Program-made: the position numbers and the translations under genes
Shown here: one piece after another, positions 36,941 through 47,829 of the stretch
Layout: every line of letters starts with the position of its first letter
Numbering within the stretch: the stretch's first letter is position 1
Notes under the pieces: generated by a model
What the model was told of the DNA's origin: nothing
Databases searched by the model: none
Seen by the model: the letters and a program-made list of their open reading frames with translations, nothing else
Source of the DNA: a virus
Direction: 5' to 3' (one strand)
Length of the DNA stretch: 64,000 nucleotides
IMG/VR virus record: IMGVR_UViG_3300025732_000020
Coordinates: 32,001-96,000 of that record

Positions 36941-37119
36941 CAGTACTCGTCAGACGTATCTGGACTCTCTGATTCTATCATACTCTCATCGTCTTGACCA
37001 AAAACTTGATTAAGCGCCTGTTCAAGTTGAGTAATCATAGTCTGAGTAAGATACTTATTTCCCGACGCTTTAGCATCACTATAAGCATCAATAAGCGTAG
37101 CAAGTTCCTTCTTTCCCAT
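36940..37119 (-). CDS. Small hypothetical protein (59 aa), below the ORF-track size cutoff
   Basis: Manual translation MGKKELATLIDAYSDAKASGNKYLTQTMITQLEQALNQVFGQDDESMIESESPDTSDEY*; its TGA overlaps the next ATG (TGATG). Confidence 0.7.
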   Translation of the reverse strand: MGKKELATLIDAYSDAKASGNKYLTQTMITQLEQALNQVFGQDDESMIESESPDTSDEY

Positions 37120-37123
37120 GGAT

Positions 37124-37131
37124 GTTTAAAG
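37124..37131 (+). promoter_or_regulatory. GTTTAAAG motif heading the 37-53 kb plus-strand operon
   Basis: In the divergent gap, about 43 nt before the ATG at 37174. Confidence 0.55.
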
Positions 37132-37173
37132 TAATATAGTTCTATAAACTATAAAATCAAGGTTTATTGCCTT

Positions 37174-37464
37174 ATGGCCTCTAACATTCGAGATTACGAG
37201 ATCTCTAAAACGTTTTCAAACGTAATACTTTCAAACATAGATGCCCAGCCAGATACCGATGGTATTCCTTTTGACCTGAGCAGTCCCGCGAAATTAGCTC
37301 AGGGGAGACTACAAGACGGTCTTGGAAATGCCTCACCGTTATTCCTTTCAAAAACGGTCGTTGAAGTTAATGCTGCTCCCACTACTATTGATTCTTTGGT
37401 TAGAAAGCAAGAAATTATGGAAGCAATTACCTACTCACAAATTCAATCACTGATTCTTGGTTAA
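37174..37464 (+). CDS. Hypothetical virion protein
   Basis: 96 aa; LQDGLGNASPLFLS echoes VEDGSGVKSGLKLG in the 14378-15292 protein. Confidence 0.6.
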   Translation: MASNIRDYEISKTFSNVILSNIDAQPDTDGIPFDLSSPAKLAQGRLQDGLGNASPLFLSKTVVEVNAAPTTIDSLVRKQEIMEAITYSQIQSLILG

Positions 37465-37470
37465 TTAATC

Positions 37471-37845
37471 ATGTCCACTTTCCCAACAAATTATTTTGAG
37501 TCAAAAGCTATTGCTAACGTCTCAGCAACTGCAGGAAGTCCCACTTCTTTACTAACGTCTTCTACTGTCCCACAAGGTGGATATATTATGATACTTAGTA
37601 TCATGATTGCAAATAAATCGGCTGGTACTAGAGACGTTAATATTCGTCTAAATAAACAGTCAGGACTTAGTGCCATGGTACTTTCCAATGTCTCTGTCCC
37701 TGCTAAAAATTCATTTGAAGTAATGGACGGCAATAAGTTCGTATTAAATTATCAAGACTCTCTTTCAGCTTGGGTCGATTCTGAAGGAGCAAATAATGTA
37801 GATATCGTAGTTTCTTACGTAATCTATACTCCAGCTACTGCTTGA
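37471..37845 (+). CDS. Small beta-sandwich structural protein
   Basis: ILSIMIANK...VSVPAKNSFEV...KFVLNYQDSLSAW...VDIVVSY pattern seen in aquatic phage virion proteins. Confidence 0.6.
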   Translation: MSTFPTNYFESKAIANVSATAGSPTSLLTSSTVPQGGYIMILSIMIANKSAGTRDVNIRLNKQSGLSAMVLSNVSVPAKNSFEVMDGNKFVLNYQDSLSAWVDSEGANNVDIVVSYVIYTPATA

Positions 37846-37863
37846 TAAAGGGAGAGTAAACAC

Positions 37864-40200
37864 ATGAGATACATTGGTTCTGGTTTTGGAGCTGGGGATG
37901 TTCAGATCGATGCTGACACCAACTCATTTATTAATATTAGGTCTTTTGGAGCTATTGGCTATGACGAGTATTTTACTGGAGTAGTTACTGATCTAAGATC
38001 TAATAGTAGCATATTAGATATTTCAGAGATACCCAACTTCTTTTCTAATTTAGATTTTTTTAAAGAAGGCAATGAAATAGAGGTATTTTTTACATCTAGT
38101 TCAACTACTCCAGGATCTAGTTTCAGTAATTTTGTATCTAATGCGCAAACAATTCTAGTCGGTTCTGGTCTTGATGCATCTAATTATGCCTCCGCACAGA
38201 CCTTAACGTACTATGTTTACGGATATGATCCATTTACCGGTAAATTTAGTCCATATAGAACTAGTACAACTACCTCTTTTAAATTACTAAACGATCCAGA
38301 TTTATTATTTGACGAAAATAATTACGTTCAACTACTTTTTTCTAGAAAAAGTTCTCAGATTATTCCATTAATTTTTAGAAAGTGGGGTAATCAACCTATT
38401 AAATTTTTAGGTGCCCCAGGAAATAGCATTTTTGGATCAGATACATTTATTACATTTAATGACAGAGGACTATCTCAAATTACTTCTTGGGATAGAGACT
38501 TATTACAGTCCATAAATACAATTCCATCTTTTCTACAAGGAATTTTATCTTATAGTAGTTCTTCTATTGCCGCCAGTACTATTTTAGAGAAAAGAACTCT
38601 TAAAATTACGAATGTTTATGTAAACTCTGGTACTATTGAACTTAAGGATATTAGTACCTCTCCGCAATCTTTTTCCACTGACCTAGTAGGTTCTTCAGTT
38701 AGATTTGTTTTCAATAGTACTAGTGCACTTAAAAAAGCTTTAAAAGAAGCAGCTACTAGCTCAATTAAAGAAATTTTTATTCCCTCAGGTACTTATCACA
38801 TCGGTAATGTATCGCTCTTTGATGATGATGATCCTTCGTACTACTCGGGGATTACAATTCGTGGAGCTGGAGACTCTACTGTCATCCGTAGAACTCCAAG
38901 TCACACTAATCCCATTAATAGTTACGGACTACTCGATATTAGAGGAAAGACAGTAACTGATGCCATCGGCATGATTACAGTTAAGGATATTGCGTTTGAT
39001 GGTAATAAGTTTAGTGTATTTACTACAGTGTCTCCACAGGGAGATTTCTATGGTATTTCTGATAAAAACAATGACTTTATTTACATAGAACGCGCTGATT
39101 CAGTAAGAGTTGAAGATTGCTCATTCTTCAATGGATTAGGATCATCCATGACTGTAGTTGAATCCAGTAGGATAAATATAACGAATAATAGAGTTTTTAA
39201 TCTTTCTAAGCCATACGAATTAAATACATCGCCCCTTAGACTAAGAGAAGTATCTAGAGCAGTTATCCAAGGTAACTTATTTGAGAACTGTACTGGTCCT
39301 TTAAGTGGAATTGGAATTGAAGGATCGGTAATCAACAATAATATTATTAATAGTTGTGGCCAAACAGGAATTTTACTTAATTCTTCAGAAAATTGGAATG
39401 CTCAAAATAACTTAGCATATAATGAAAATGGAAGCGTAATTAAGTCTGTAGATTTATATAATAACGAATATAGCCGAGTATCTATTGATGTTAAGAAGGG
39501 AATTCCGCTCACTACTACTTATTTCACTGTGACAGATAGTGGTCTTCCAGTAGCAATTTCAAAGGGTTCTATCAACGCGCCAATTTATAACCTTAATTCA
39601 AATTATCAACGAGGCGGTGCTGCTGTAGGTTATTTCCAGATACTAGAAGCTAAAGAGCAACTTGATGCGGGAATTTTTGGGGTTACTCTTCCAACTGCTA
39701 CAATAACTGAAAGTTCTGATGTAGAAACCTCAAATAGAGGAAGGAAGATTCTTGGAACTGCATCCATGAATTTTTTAAATACCACTGGTGTATCTCCTAC
39801 ATACGGATATTCCTACATAATTACTGCCTCTGTTGCTATTGGAAGGTTCCAGATTGATCGGATTAAATTTGAAACTCCCAGTACTTTAAGAGTTTCTTTC
39901 AGAAATTCCGCAGACATATTAAATATTAATTATCTAGCTTCTGGCAATAATTTGAATGATGGAATTCAAACTTCAGGAATAGGAATTCAAGGTTCTATCC
40001 TTCAAAGTTGGCCCGATGGAGTCCCTATCGATGTCGTAGCAGTAAATGCAGAGGATTCTTCAATTATTATCTCTACTCCCCAAGGCGTAAGTGATAAGTT
40101 TATCTCTTCAGAAGACAACTATAGAATTGCCGGTGGTACATTAGGAGTAGTGAAATATAACTACTTCATTGCTGATGGCAATGTATATGTATCTGAGTGA
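37864..40200 (+). CDS. Tailspike-like protein with pectate-lyase-type right-handed beta-helix
   Basis: ALKKAL...EIFIPSGTYHI...ITIRGAGDSTVI...ITVKDIAFDGN...VRVEDCSFFN...NITNNRV...VIQGNLFEN...INNNIINS. Confidence 0.78.
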   Translation: MRYIGSGFGAGDVQIDADTNSFINIRSFGAIGYDEYFTGVVTDLRSNSSILDISEIPNFFSNLDFFKEGNEIEVFFTSSSTTPGSSFSNFVSNAQTILVGSGLDASNYASAQTLTYYVYGYDPFTGKFSPYRTSTTTSFKLLNDPDLLFDENNYVQLLFSRKSSQIIPLIFRKWGNQPIKFLGAPGNSIFGSDTFITFNDRGLSQITSWDRDLLQSINTIPSFLQGILSYSSSSIAASTILEKRTLKITNVYVNSGTIELKDISTSPQSFSTDLVGSSVRFVFNSTSALKKALKEAATSSIKEIFIPSGTYHIGNVSLFDDDDPSYYSGITIRGAGDSTVIRRTPSHTNPINSYGLLDIRGKTVTDAIGMITVKDIAFDGNKFSVFTTVSPQGDFYGISDKNNDFIYIERADSVRVEDCSFFNGLGSSMTVVESSRINITNNRVFNLSKPYELNTSPLRLREVSRAVIQGNLFENCTGPLSGIGIEGSVINNNIINSCGQTGILLNSSENWNAQNNLAYNENGSVIKSVDLYNNEYSRVSIDVKKGIPLTTTYFTVTDSGLPVAISKGSINAPIYNLNSNYQRGGAAVGYFQILEAKEQLDAGIFGVTLPTATITESSDVETSNRGRKILGTASMNFLNTTGVSPTYGYSYIITASVAIGRFQIDRIKFETPSTLRVSFRNSADILNINYLASGNNLNDGIQTSGIGIQGSILQSWPDGVPIDVVAVNAEDSSIIISTPQGVSDKFISSEDNYRIAGGTLGVVKYNYFIADGNVYVSE

Positions 40201-40202
40201 TT

Positions 40203-40210
40203 GTTTAAAG
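40203..40210 (+). promoter_or_regulatory. GTTTAAAG motif
   Basis: In a 34-nt gap between co-oriented genes, about 25 nt before the ATG at 40235. Confidence 0.55.
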
Positions 40211-40234
40211 TTAGTATAAATATACCGGTTAAAT

Positions 40235-43200
40235 ATGGCCTCTAATGTTTCTGTAGGAAAAACAGCCCCAGTACCATTGGGGCAGCAACCTGCTTCTAAT
40301 TCTTTGCCTGTGGTTTTTGCGGAAGATCAAAAGCCGATTCCTGTCGAAGAACAAAATAAAGTACAATCGGAAGTTGCCCTGTCATTACTTGGCATCCCCC
40401 GCTCCGAAGTAGCGTTAGGTATTTTTGCTGACGTTAATACTTATGATGTTAATCCTACAGAGTGGGCTCAGTTCCCCTTAGAGAACGTTGCTATACAGAC
40501 CACTGAAGAAGAGGAGGGTACGGTACTCGATGGAGTAGTTCATATACCTACTGAGGCCGGTGCTCAACTTATTGCGTCTGATAAAAATACCACCATCTTA
40601 ACCTCTAAGAGATTCTTCCGTTATCAGCCTGGTCGTGTGTCCGCATCCACAATGGGTGTGAAAATGAACGTCACATCAGAGATAGAAACTGATACTCAAA
40701 AGGGTGCTCCATCGATTAAAAAGTGGGGTATTTTTGATAAGTTTGACGGATACTACTTTGAAATTGTAAATAACGGCATCGGAAACAACTTCCGTTGTGT
40801 AAGACGTACTCAGGCTATCATTCCAGGGGAACCTGCTGGTTATTCTGGAGAACTAAAATGGTTTAAGAACGGAGGTTCAGTAACTTCTGCAGATGCTAAA
40901 TTTAATGGATCCACTAACTTCGGACTTGCAGGAGTTGATCCAGTAATAATTAGAGATGGTCTGGTCTATGTAGCTGCAGCTATTTATGATCCTTCTTTGG
41001 TTTATAGCCCCGCTGATGTAAGGACTATCGATGGTAGTACTTCTCCAGAAAATCAACTGAAAAAATTTCAGTCAAATTCTGCATTTGCCTTAAGACTTGC
41101 TCAATATAATGGTTCAACGTATACTGAGATCTTAGCGAATAGAAAACATCAATTCCCATTCGACCAAAGTACGACATACTCACTGGATGACGCGTTTGGC
41201 GATGATAAGATGCAAAATTCATTCTTGAATTATATCAGAGCTGATGCACATTGTAATTTCTATGGATTGATTTCTAACTTAGCTAGAAAGGGAAATACTA
41301 CTAAAGTACTAAGTTCTTATGCCGAGTTAATTGACCCTGCTAATGATTGGCAACAAGTCTTTTTTGGTACTGGAACCAATGTTGAACAACAGACTCACGA
41401 TGCTATCTTAGGGGGGACAGGCGTCTGGGATCAGTCCCCTAGTACTACCAACAGTCAAGCTAAAGTTTGGAACCTTCTGGTTAATACGTTAGGTGGTAAC
41501 AATATTAGTCAGACAGATTTTACTAATGCAATAGGAGTACCTTTTACTAGGACTATTAGTAGTACTAATGGCAATGTAACTCTAAAAGAATGGTTTAATA
41601 TCTGTGTACCAAAACCATACAGATACGTGTATGAATGGAGACCTTGTAGAGCAATGTTCTCCGGTGACAAACTTGATGGAGATCTAACACCAGTAAGATG
41701 GTCCGATATTAACACATCCGCCGAGTTCTCATTGGGTGATTCTGATGGTCTTGTAAATAGACCAGGTGAGGTTATCTCTACTCCAGAAGGAATCGTAGAA
41801 TCTCAATCAGCATATAATATCGACTTCTCAAAGGTCACCATGTGGAAGACCGAGTACTCATGGTACGGTGCTGTTGGTGCTACTTTCCTTTGCTACGTGC
41901 CTACAGGAAATAATGAAGCAAGGTGGGTAAGAGTACATCATATCCGCGCATCAAACCAACACTCGGTCGCTTCGTTAGGTAACGCGTTCTTGCCAATTAC
42001 CTATCTCTGCCATGGAGGTATGAATAGCGGCTTAGATCCAAACAATAACGGAGTTGATATAGGCAACACTCTTGTTAAGTATGGTGCTTCTTACTATATT
42101 GATGGTGGTGATAAAGGTACTGTAAAACTTCTATCTAAATCTTCCGACTATAGTAGAACTGTTCCATCTGGAACAGTTACATTTACTCCTACTAGTTTCG
42201 ATGGGCCTACTAGTAGTATGATAACTACAAGAACTAGTTTGGGTGCTACTAATGATAAAACATTGGTTGGACTGATGGGCGCATATATCTCGGGGGATAC
42301 TACTACTAAGGTTAAGTGGATTGAGAAGAGTAGTACTACTGATGTGAAATTATACTTCACTGGGGTTATTCCTACTTCAGGGGCCGTTACATTGGTTGTT
42401 CCAAGATCGCAACAATCACTTCTCACCCTTAGAGCAAAAGACTTTATTAGTAACAGAGATGGAGAAAAAGTAAGAAATAGACTACAGATTTATCCTATAA
42501 AGTTAGGACTTGGGGTTTCCAAAGGTGAAGCTTCTGATCTTATTACAGTTCGTGGATTTAAAAATCCCCTCCTTATCACAACAAACTTAACAACTACTTC
42601 AACATCGTTGGCAACTACTGGTCTTACTGATACTATTAACACCAAGAGATCTATATTACCAATCGAGTTTACCTCAGGGCAAGTTAGTCAGATGGGACTA
42701 AGTTCTCTTCTTTCCTCTAATGGAAAGTACGTATTTGGATATTTCCTTGGAGGTAACGACCCAACTCTAGCTGGTAATACTACATCAGGTCAACCGATCC
42801 TTGGTAGAATCTATAGAGAAGACGGTAAATATTATTTTGCAAAATTCTTCTCTTATCCAGATCCAATATATGTCAAAGGTAATTTCATATACGAGAGGAA
42901 TCTCTCAGTTGGTGCCGCAGCAGAAGGACTATCTTTTTCCGAAAGAACTATCTCGACTACATCAGACGGATACGCAGATCAAACAAAATGGTCGAATCTA
43001 GAAACTGATGATCTAGCGACATTTGAAGAAATAACACGTCTTTCCGGTACACAAGTCGCTCAAGACTTTGCTCTTACTCCCGTCGTAGATACAGGAAATG
43101 AAATTTTCTCATATTACGTATCAAGAGGTGGATATCAATTTGATCTTCAAGATTATTTTGCATACAATAAAGAGTACCTTTCGTTCCCACTCACTGACGA

Positions 43201-43300
43201 GGTAGATGTGATTAGTGTCTTTGGTCATTTTGACATCCGAGAGTCAACTACTCCTAATGTATTCAAAGTTAATACTTCACTAACTTGGGAGGAGCAGTGA
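40235..43300 (+). CDS. Large virion protein, RYQPG family (paralogue 1)
   Basis: LLGIPRSE, TSKRFFRYQPGRVS, TMWKTEYSWYGAVGA, YGASYYIDG; shared with the next gene. Confidence 0.68.
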   Translation: MASNVSVGKTAPVPLGQQPASNSLPVVFAEDQKPIPVEEQNKVQSEVALSLLGIPRSEVALGIFADVNTYDVNPTEWAQFPLENVAIQTTEEEEGTVLDGVVHIPTEAGAQLIASDKNTTILTSKRFFRYQPGRVSASTMGVKMNVTSEIETDTQKGAPSIKKWGIFDKFDGYYFEIVNNGIGNNFRCVRRTQAIIPGEPAGYSGELKWFKNGGSVTSADAKFNGSTNFGLAGVDPVIIRDGLVYVAAAIYDPSLVYSPADVRTIDGSTSPENQLKKFQSNSAFALRLAQYNGSTYTEILANRKHQFPFDQSTTYSLDDAFGDDKMQNSFLNYIRADAHCNFYGLISNLARKGNTTKVLSSYAELIDPANDWQQVFFGTGTNVEQQTHDAILGGTGVWDQSPSTTNSQAKVWNLLVNTLGGNNISQTDFTNAIGVPFTRTISSTNGNVTLKEWFNICVPKPYRYVYEWRPCRAMFSGDKLDGDLTPVRWSDINTSAEFSLGDSDGLVNRPGEVISTPEGIVESQSAYNIDFSKVTMWKTEYSWYGAVGATFLCYVPTGNNEARWVRVHHIRASNQHSVASLGNAFLPITYLCHGGMNSGLDPNNNGVDIGNTLVKYGASYYIDGGDKGTVKLLSKSSDYSRTVPSGTVTFTPTSFDGPTSSMITTRTSLGATNDKTLVGLMGAYISGDTTTKVKWIEKSSTTDVKLYFTGVIPTSGAVTLVVPRSQQSLLTLRAKDFISNRDGEKVRNRLQIYPIKLGLGVSKGEASDLITVRGFKNPLLITTNLTTTSTSLATTGLTDTINTKRSILPIEFTSGQVSQMGLSSLLSSNGKYVFGYFLGGNDPTLAGNTTSGQPILGRIYREDGKYYFAKFFSYPDPIYVKGNFIYERNLSVGAAAEGLSFSERTISTTSDGYADQTKWSNLETDDLATFEEITRLSGTQVAQDFALTPVVDTGNEIFSYYVSRGGYQFDLQDYFAYNKEYLSFPLTDEVDVISVFGHFDIRESTTPNVFKVNTSLTWEEQ

Positions 43301-43303
43301 TAA

Positions 43304-46300
43304 ATGGCTAATAATTATGAAATAAAAGTAAAAAGTAACTCTTCTTCAAGAAATATTTCATTAAAAGGTCAATCAACTGCTCCAAGTACTTTTGAAAAGG
43401 AACTACAATTAGTAACCTACAGAGGTATCTCTCTTTTTTCTGACGAGGGAAATTCTCTTACGTCAGTTAAAAGAGTTCCTGATCCTAGAGACTTCTTAAC
43501 TTCTAGTTCTCTTCCAGTAGTGGTTGATCCTGACTCATATGCAGAGACAGCAATAAGTACAACTAATAAATTTAGTAAAAGAGACCCAGTTGCGTTGCCT
43601 ATAGAGGAAGTATTTAATGATGTAACTGAAACGAGTTCATCAATTCTAGGAATACCAAGAGGAGAGACTCAACAGGGTCTTTTTGGTAATGTTAGTTCTT
43701 ATGGCTTAGATAAAAAAGACTGGATTGTTTATAGTGGTTATCCAGATTGGGACCAAGGTGATTATTGGCAATACAAAAACTCCCCTTCTGGACGTCATCA
43801 ACCAACAATAGATTATGACGATGCTAAAAATTCTGCGATTGCAATCTCTTCCTATCCTGTTCCGTACACTACGCCTGGTAACCCTGTTCTCTATACGTTA
43901 ATAACTGGCGGGTCTCTTTCAAATATAGGTCCAGGCTGGGGGAGATATCTTCAGTCTTTAATTGCCATGTATATTATTGAACACATGGTAAATAACTTTT
44001 CCCAAGAAGAAAAAACAAGGTTCAGACTCGATTATTTAGATAATAATTATCCCAAAACCAGTTCTGGAAAGTTTAATAGGCTTTATTGGGATCAAATTTG
44101 GTTAGATATTGATCAAGGAAGATTTAAAACCATAGGCAATTTGCCAATTATCCCCCAAGGGCGTATAGAAAATATGTCTGGGGAAGGAGAGCAGGTTCTT
44201 CTTGATATATTTAGTTTAATTGATGAAACTAAAAATACTCCATATGTAACTGCTACTAGTCTTTCTGATAACGGAGGATTTAATCTTTTAAGAGCTAGAG
44301 AACTAGTAAAAGATTCAAATCAGTCAATACTATACAACTCCGCGTTCTTTGGTACAACTAGATATAGATGGCCTAGTAATAACAAGGGCCATTTTGAGAT
44401 TGCTACTCAGAAAGATGGAGACGTGTGGAAAGAGTATTGGTTGTTAGACTATGACTCACTACATGATGATTTAAAAAATTGGGAATTTAGAGTTTGGGAA
44501 ACTGACCCTCCGGCGGATTCTCCAGAGAAAAAATATAAATTGCCGTATTATAGAATTCTTAATAAAGAGTCTGCGTCTGAATCTTTAATTTTTGGCCAGT
44601 CTTGGCCCAAAACATATTCAGATCCTACTATTCCACAGATTTCAAATTCTATTAGTGAGGGGAATCTAATTGGTAGTAAAGAAAGTAATTATGCGGTTGT
44701 TACTTTAACATCAGCCCGTGCGTTTCGTTATCAACCTGGTAGAATTAGCGGATTTACGTATGGTGTAAGAGTATCTGAGGAAGGCGCCGGTCCTGGATCC
44801 ATACTTGAGTTTGGTGTGGAAAATTATACGGACGGATATTTTTTCCGCCTTAAAGATGGCACTGACTTCTCTATTGTTAGAAGATCGACAATACCTTTAG
44901 GCGATACGGACCTATTTATTGAGGCGGGATATCAAGAAAAGGAAGCATATATCAGTCAATTAACTGGGGTAGTCAAATATCGGGATCAATTAACAGATAG
45001 TGAAGTTCTAGATTTAGAACAGCTCGTGCTAGAGGGAAAAGAAGTAAAAGTATTTGAAACCGAAATCCAACAGGATATTATGAATGGGGACGGATTAAAT
45101 TCCCAAGGCGATACGGGTTATATTTTTAACCCAGATACCGTAACCATGTATAAGATCGAGTTTGGTTGGTACGGTGCTATTGGAGCTAGATTCTATATTT
45201 ATATCCCGACTGACAATGGAGATGCAAGATGGGTGACCCTTCATACGCTAGTAATTGAAAACAATATAGATAAGCCATGTCTAGAAGACCCGTTCTTCTT
45301 CTTCAAGTACCGCACTTATGTAGGTTCGCCATCACGTATCAGACTACCACAATTTATTCAAAAGTATGGCGCGTCTTACTACATTGATGGCGCAGATGAA
45401 GGCACAGTATCCGTATCTAGTGCTATAGCATCAAATAGAAAAGTTGAATCAAGTGATCTTGATGATGAGACTGGAGAAACCATCGAGCAGGAAATACCAA
45501 TTTATAAATGGTCATCTGTTCTTGGATTAAAACCTAAAAAGTATATTACCAATACTAGTGGAAATGAATTCTTTAATAAAAAAGAAATATTTCCTATTAG
45601 CGCCTCGGTGATTTCTACCGTTGACACCGAGATTAAATTCGTTAATCAATATGGCTGTGTTGATCATGGATTTACTTTCCAAGAGGGCTATAAGTGCGAA
45701 CTTCCAGAATCGCAAAGATTAAGAGGCAAATTTTTAATTAATAGATTAGAAACTGAAAAAGATACACTAATTGAACTTGGTTTTAGTGAAAAAAGCCCAA
45801 CTCCGACAATTTCATACCAAGGTCCAGATCCAGACTTCCCAGAGGCAAGTCTCAATCTATTAGATATTGATGGTATTGGATATACCACAGAGTATTTGGG
45901 AAATTCTAACTGGGAAGATTACTATACGTTTAAAGGTTGGGATTCTTATCGGTATGCTTTACAAGGCACACATATTATTGGAAATAAAATATTCTGCGCA
46001 TATGTAAATCCTGAGAATGAGTATCTGAATTCAGAAAAAGGATGGTCGAACTCTATTTCTACCGCCGCAATTTCAAGGGTAACTAGAAATTCGTATTATA
46101 GTACTCCAGCGTCACAAAGACCTTGGAGCAAAGGACAGCTTCTCTTTAGATACCCTGATACTTATTCACTTAAGTTTTCTCCATATAGAAAAGATACAAC
46201 TCTCATCTCTTCAGTTGGAATTACCTCAGGGGAGTTTTATCTATTATTTACAACTAAAGCTGGCGGAAGAGACAGTAATGGAGTACCATGCTCCGATGAG

Positions 46301-47824
46301 TACGTTGGTACTAGGTGTGATGGCAACTCTCATTTTGGAGATATTACTTTCGGAGTGATGTGGTCAAGAGGGAGTGAAGAAACCTATGCTAATCAACAAT
46401 ATCCTATTAGGATGGTTTCTAAAGACAGAGCAAGAAATCATCCCGATAGTTTTGGTATAATTAATCCAAGTATTGATGGGAGTAATATTCCAACCGGTAA
46501 TGCAGTTGATATTGAATTTGTTGATGCTACAAGTAGCACTACTGGAGTTGCTTATATTAAAGATAAAAAAATTCCCAATCCCGATGAATTTAGATATTAT
46601 GAGGGTCTTCCAGTAGATGTATTTAGTCCAGTTCTTAGAGATAATGTGCTTAAAGTATCTCAGGCTGGGTGGCTGCACGTTGGCGTCGGAGGAGTAGAAC
46701 AATCAGAAGCTGTACATGATACAGCTGGCGAGATTGATGACCAATTTCCTTCGCTCCCTGGAGTCGAAGGCGGCGAATGTCATGCTTTATACTGTAGAGT
46801 AGGGCCAATTGCACGAGACGTGAGTATCTTAACCGAGGACAACACAGGTGACTCCACTAAAGAATATAATGATAATGGAACTTTAAAACCCTATTATTAT
46901 TTAAAGAGTGACAGTCCGTGGCCTAGTGAGCTTTGGATTGATTCCGTGGGTAATCCTAAATTTGAAAATCTTACTGTAAAATCAATTACCACTAATGTAT
47001 CATCTATAGTAAAAACAATAGGAGAACCCCAAATATCTTTCCAAAGAGAGGGTACCTCGATTAGAGAGTATTTATTACCTGTGGTTAATGAAACTGGTTA
47101 TGATATAAATTCTGTGGGGGAAGGATTGATAAGTGCTGCTTACTCAGGTATAGCTTTATATGCCCCCTCACTCCTTAAAAAAGATGACATTTTACTCACC
47201 AGTACAGTTACTGGATCCGACATATTCCCAATTAGATGGTTTATCTCTATGAGAGAAGGGGCAGAGGTAGGCTCTTTAAGTGTAGGTCAAGATATTGGTA
47301 CTGGGATAGTACAATATCCATTTTCTCCTTTGGGACAAACTCTGAGTGTTGATCATTACTCAAATGAGGGCTTACATGACCGTCAAGATGGTGGGAGTAA
47401 CGACTTTGAAAAATCCGCAATTAAAACAATTAGAACTTTCTCGGAAGAAAACACATTAGATACCTCGATTAACTTTTCCGATACGTCCTATATTGATAGT
47501 TCTCTACCAAGTTCCCCACAGTCAAAGAGAAAAAAATGTCCTTCTTTCTTAAGCAAGAGTCTGCTTGTCGGAGCTTCCTCCTCTGGAGTAGGAGATTATC
47601 CTATCCGTTCACTTAAGTTTAAAGAAACAGGAGATAATCTAGGATCCTTCTATTTATCTAAAAATGTCCCCACTGAAATAGACCTTACTTCAATGTTTAA
47701 TATTTCCGCTGAATCTATTGGTCCTAGTTTTTGGAACAACAAATCATTATTTGTTATTGCTAAATCATTAGAAGATGAAATAGAAGGAAAAATTTCTATC
47801 ACACTGAACTATAAAGAACAGTAA
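43304..47824 (+). CDS. Large virion protein, RYQPG family (paralogue 2)
   Basis: ILGIPRGE, TSARAFRYQPGRIS, TMYKIEFGWYGAIGA, YGASYYIDG. Confidence 0.68.
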   Translation: MANNYEIKVKSNSSSRNISLKGQSTAPSTFEKELQLVTYRGISLFSDEGNSLTSVKRVPDPRDFLTSSSLPVVVDPDSYAETAISTTNKFSKRDPVALPIEEVFNDVTETSSSILGIPRGETQQGLFGNVSSYGLDKKDWIVYSGYPDWDQGDYWQYKNSPSGRHQPTIDYDDAKNSAIAISSYPVPYTTPGNPVLYTLITGGSLSNIGPGWGRYLQSLIAMYIIEHMVNNFSQEEKTRFRLDYLDNNYPKTSSGKFNRLYWDQIWLDIDQGRFKTIGNLPIIPQGRIENMSGEGEQVLLDIFSLIDETKNTPYVTATSLSDNGGFNLLRARELVKDSNQSILYNSAFFGTTRYRWPSNNKGHFEIATQKDGDVWKEYWLLDYDSLHDDLKNWEFRVWETDPPADSPEKKYKLPYYRILNKESASESLIFGQSWPKTYSDPTIPQISNSISEGNLIGSKESNYAVVTLTSARAFRYQPGRISGFTYGVRVSEEGAGPGSILEFGVENYTDGYFFRLKDGTDFSIVRRSTIPLGDTDLFIEAGYQEKEAYISQLTGVVKYRDQLTDSEVLDLEQLVLEGKEVKVFETEIQQDIMNGDGLNSQGDTGYIFNPDTVTMYKIEFGWYGAIGARFYIYIPTDNGDARWVTLHTLVIENNIDKPCLEDPFFFFKYRTYVGSPSRIRLPQFIQKYGASYYIDGADEGTVSVSSAIASNRKVESSDLDDETGETIEQEIPIYKWSSVLGLKPKKYITNTSGNEFFNKKEIFPISASVISTVDTEIKFVNQYGCVDHGFTFQEGYKCELPESQRLRGKFLINRLETEKDTLIELGFSEKSPTPTISYQGPDPDFPEASLNLLDIDGIGYTTEYLGNSNWEDYYTFKGWDSYRYALQGTHIIGNKIFCAYVNPENEYLNSEKGWSNSISTAAISRVTRNSYYSTPASQRPWSKGQLLFRYPDTYSLKFSPYRKDTTLISSVGITSGEFYLLFTTKAGGRDSNGVPCSDEYVGTRCDGNSHFGDITFGVMWSRGSEETYANQQYPIRMVSKDRARNHPDSFGIINPSIDGSNIPTGNAVDIEFVDATSSTTGVAYIKDKKIPNPDEFRYYEGLPVDVFSPVLRDNVLKVSQAGWLHVGVGGVEQSEAVHDTAGEIDDQFPSLPGVEGGECHALYCRVGPIARDVSILTEDNTGDSTKEYNDNGTLKPYYYLKSDSPWPSELWIDSVGNPKFENLTVKSITTNVSSIVKTIGEPQISFQREGTSIREYLLPVVNETGYDINSVGEGLISAAYSGIALYAPSLLKKDDILLTSTVTGSDIFPIRWFISMREGAEVGSLSVGQDIGTGIVQYPFSPLGQTLSVDHYSNEGLHDRQDGGSNDFEKSAIKTIRTFSEENTLDTSINFSDTSYIDSSLPSSPQSKRKKCPSFLSKSLLVGASSSGVGDYPIRSLKFKETGDNLGSFYLSKNVPTEIDLTSMFNISAESIGPSFWNNKSLFVIAKSLEDEIEGKISITLNYKEQ

Positions 47825-47829
47825 TTATT

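Noticed and set aside
43700-44690. Intein or intron explaining the insertion in RYQPG paralogue 2
   Set aside because: The frame is uninterrupted, with no recognisable intein splice motifs (N-terminal C/S, C-terminal HN) or homing-endonuclease motif.
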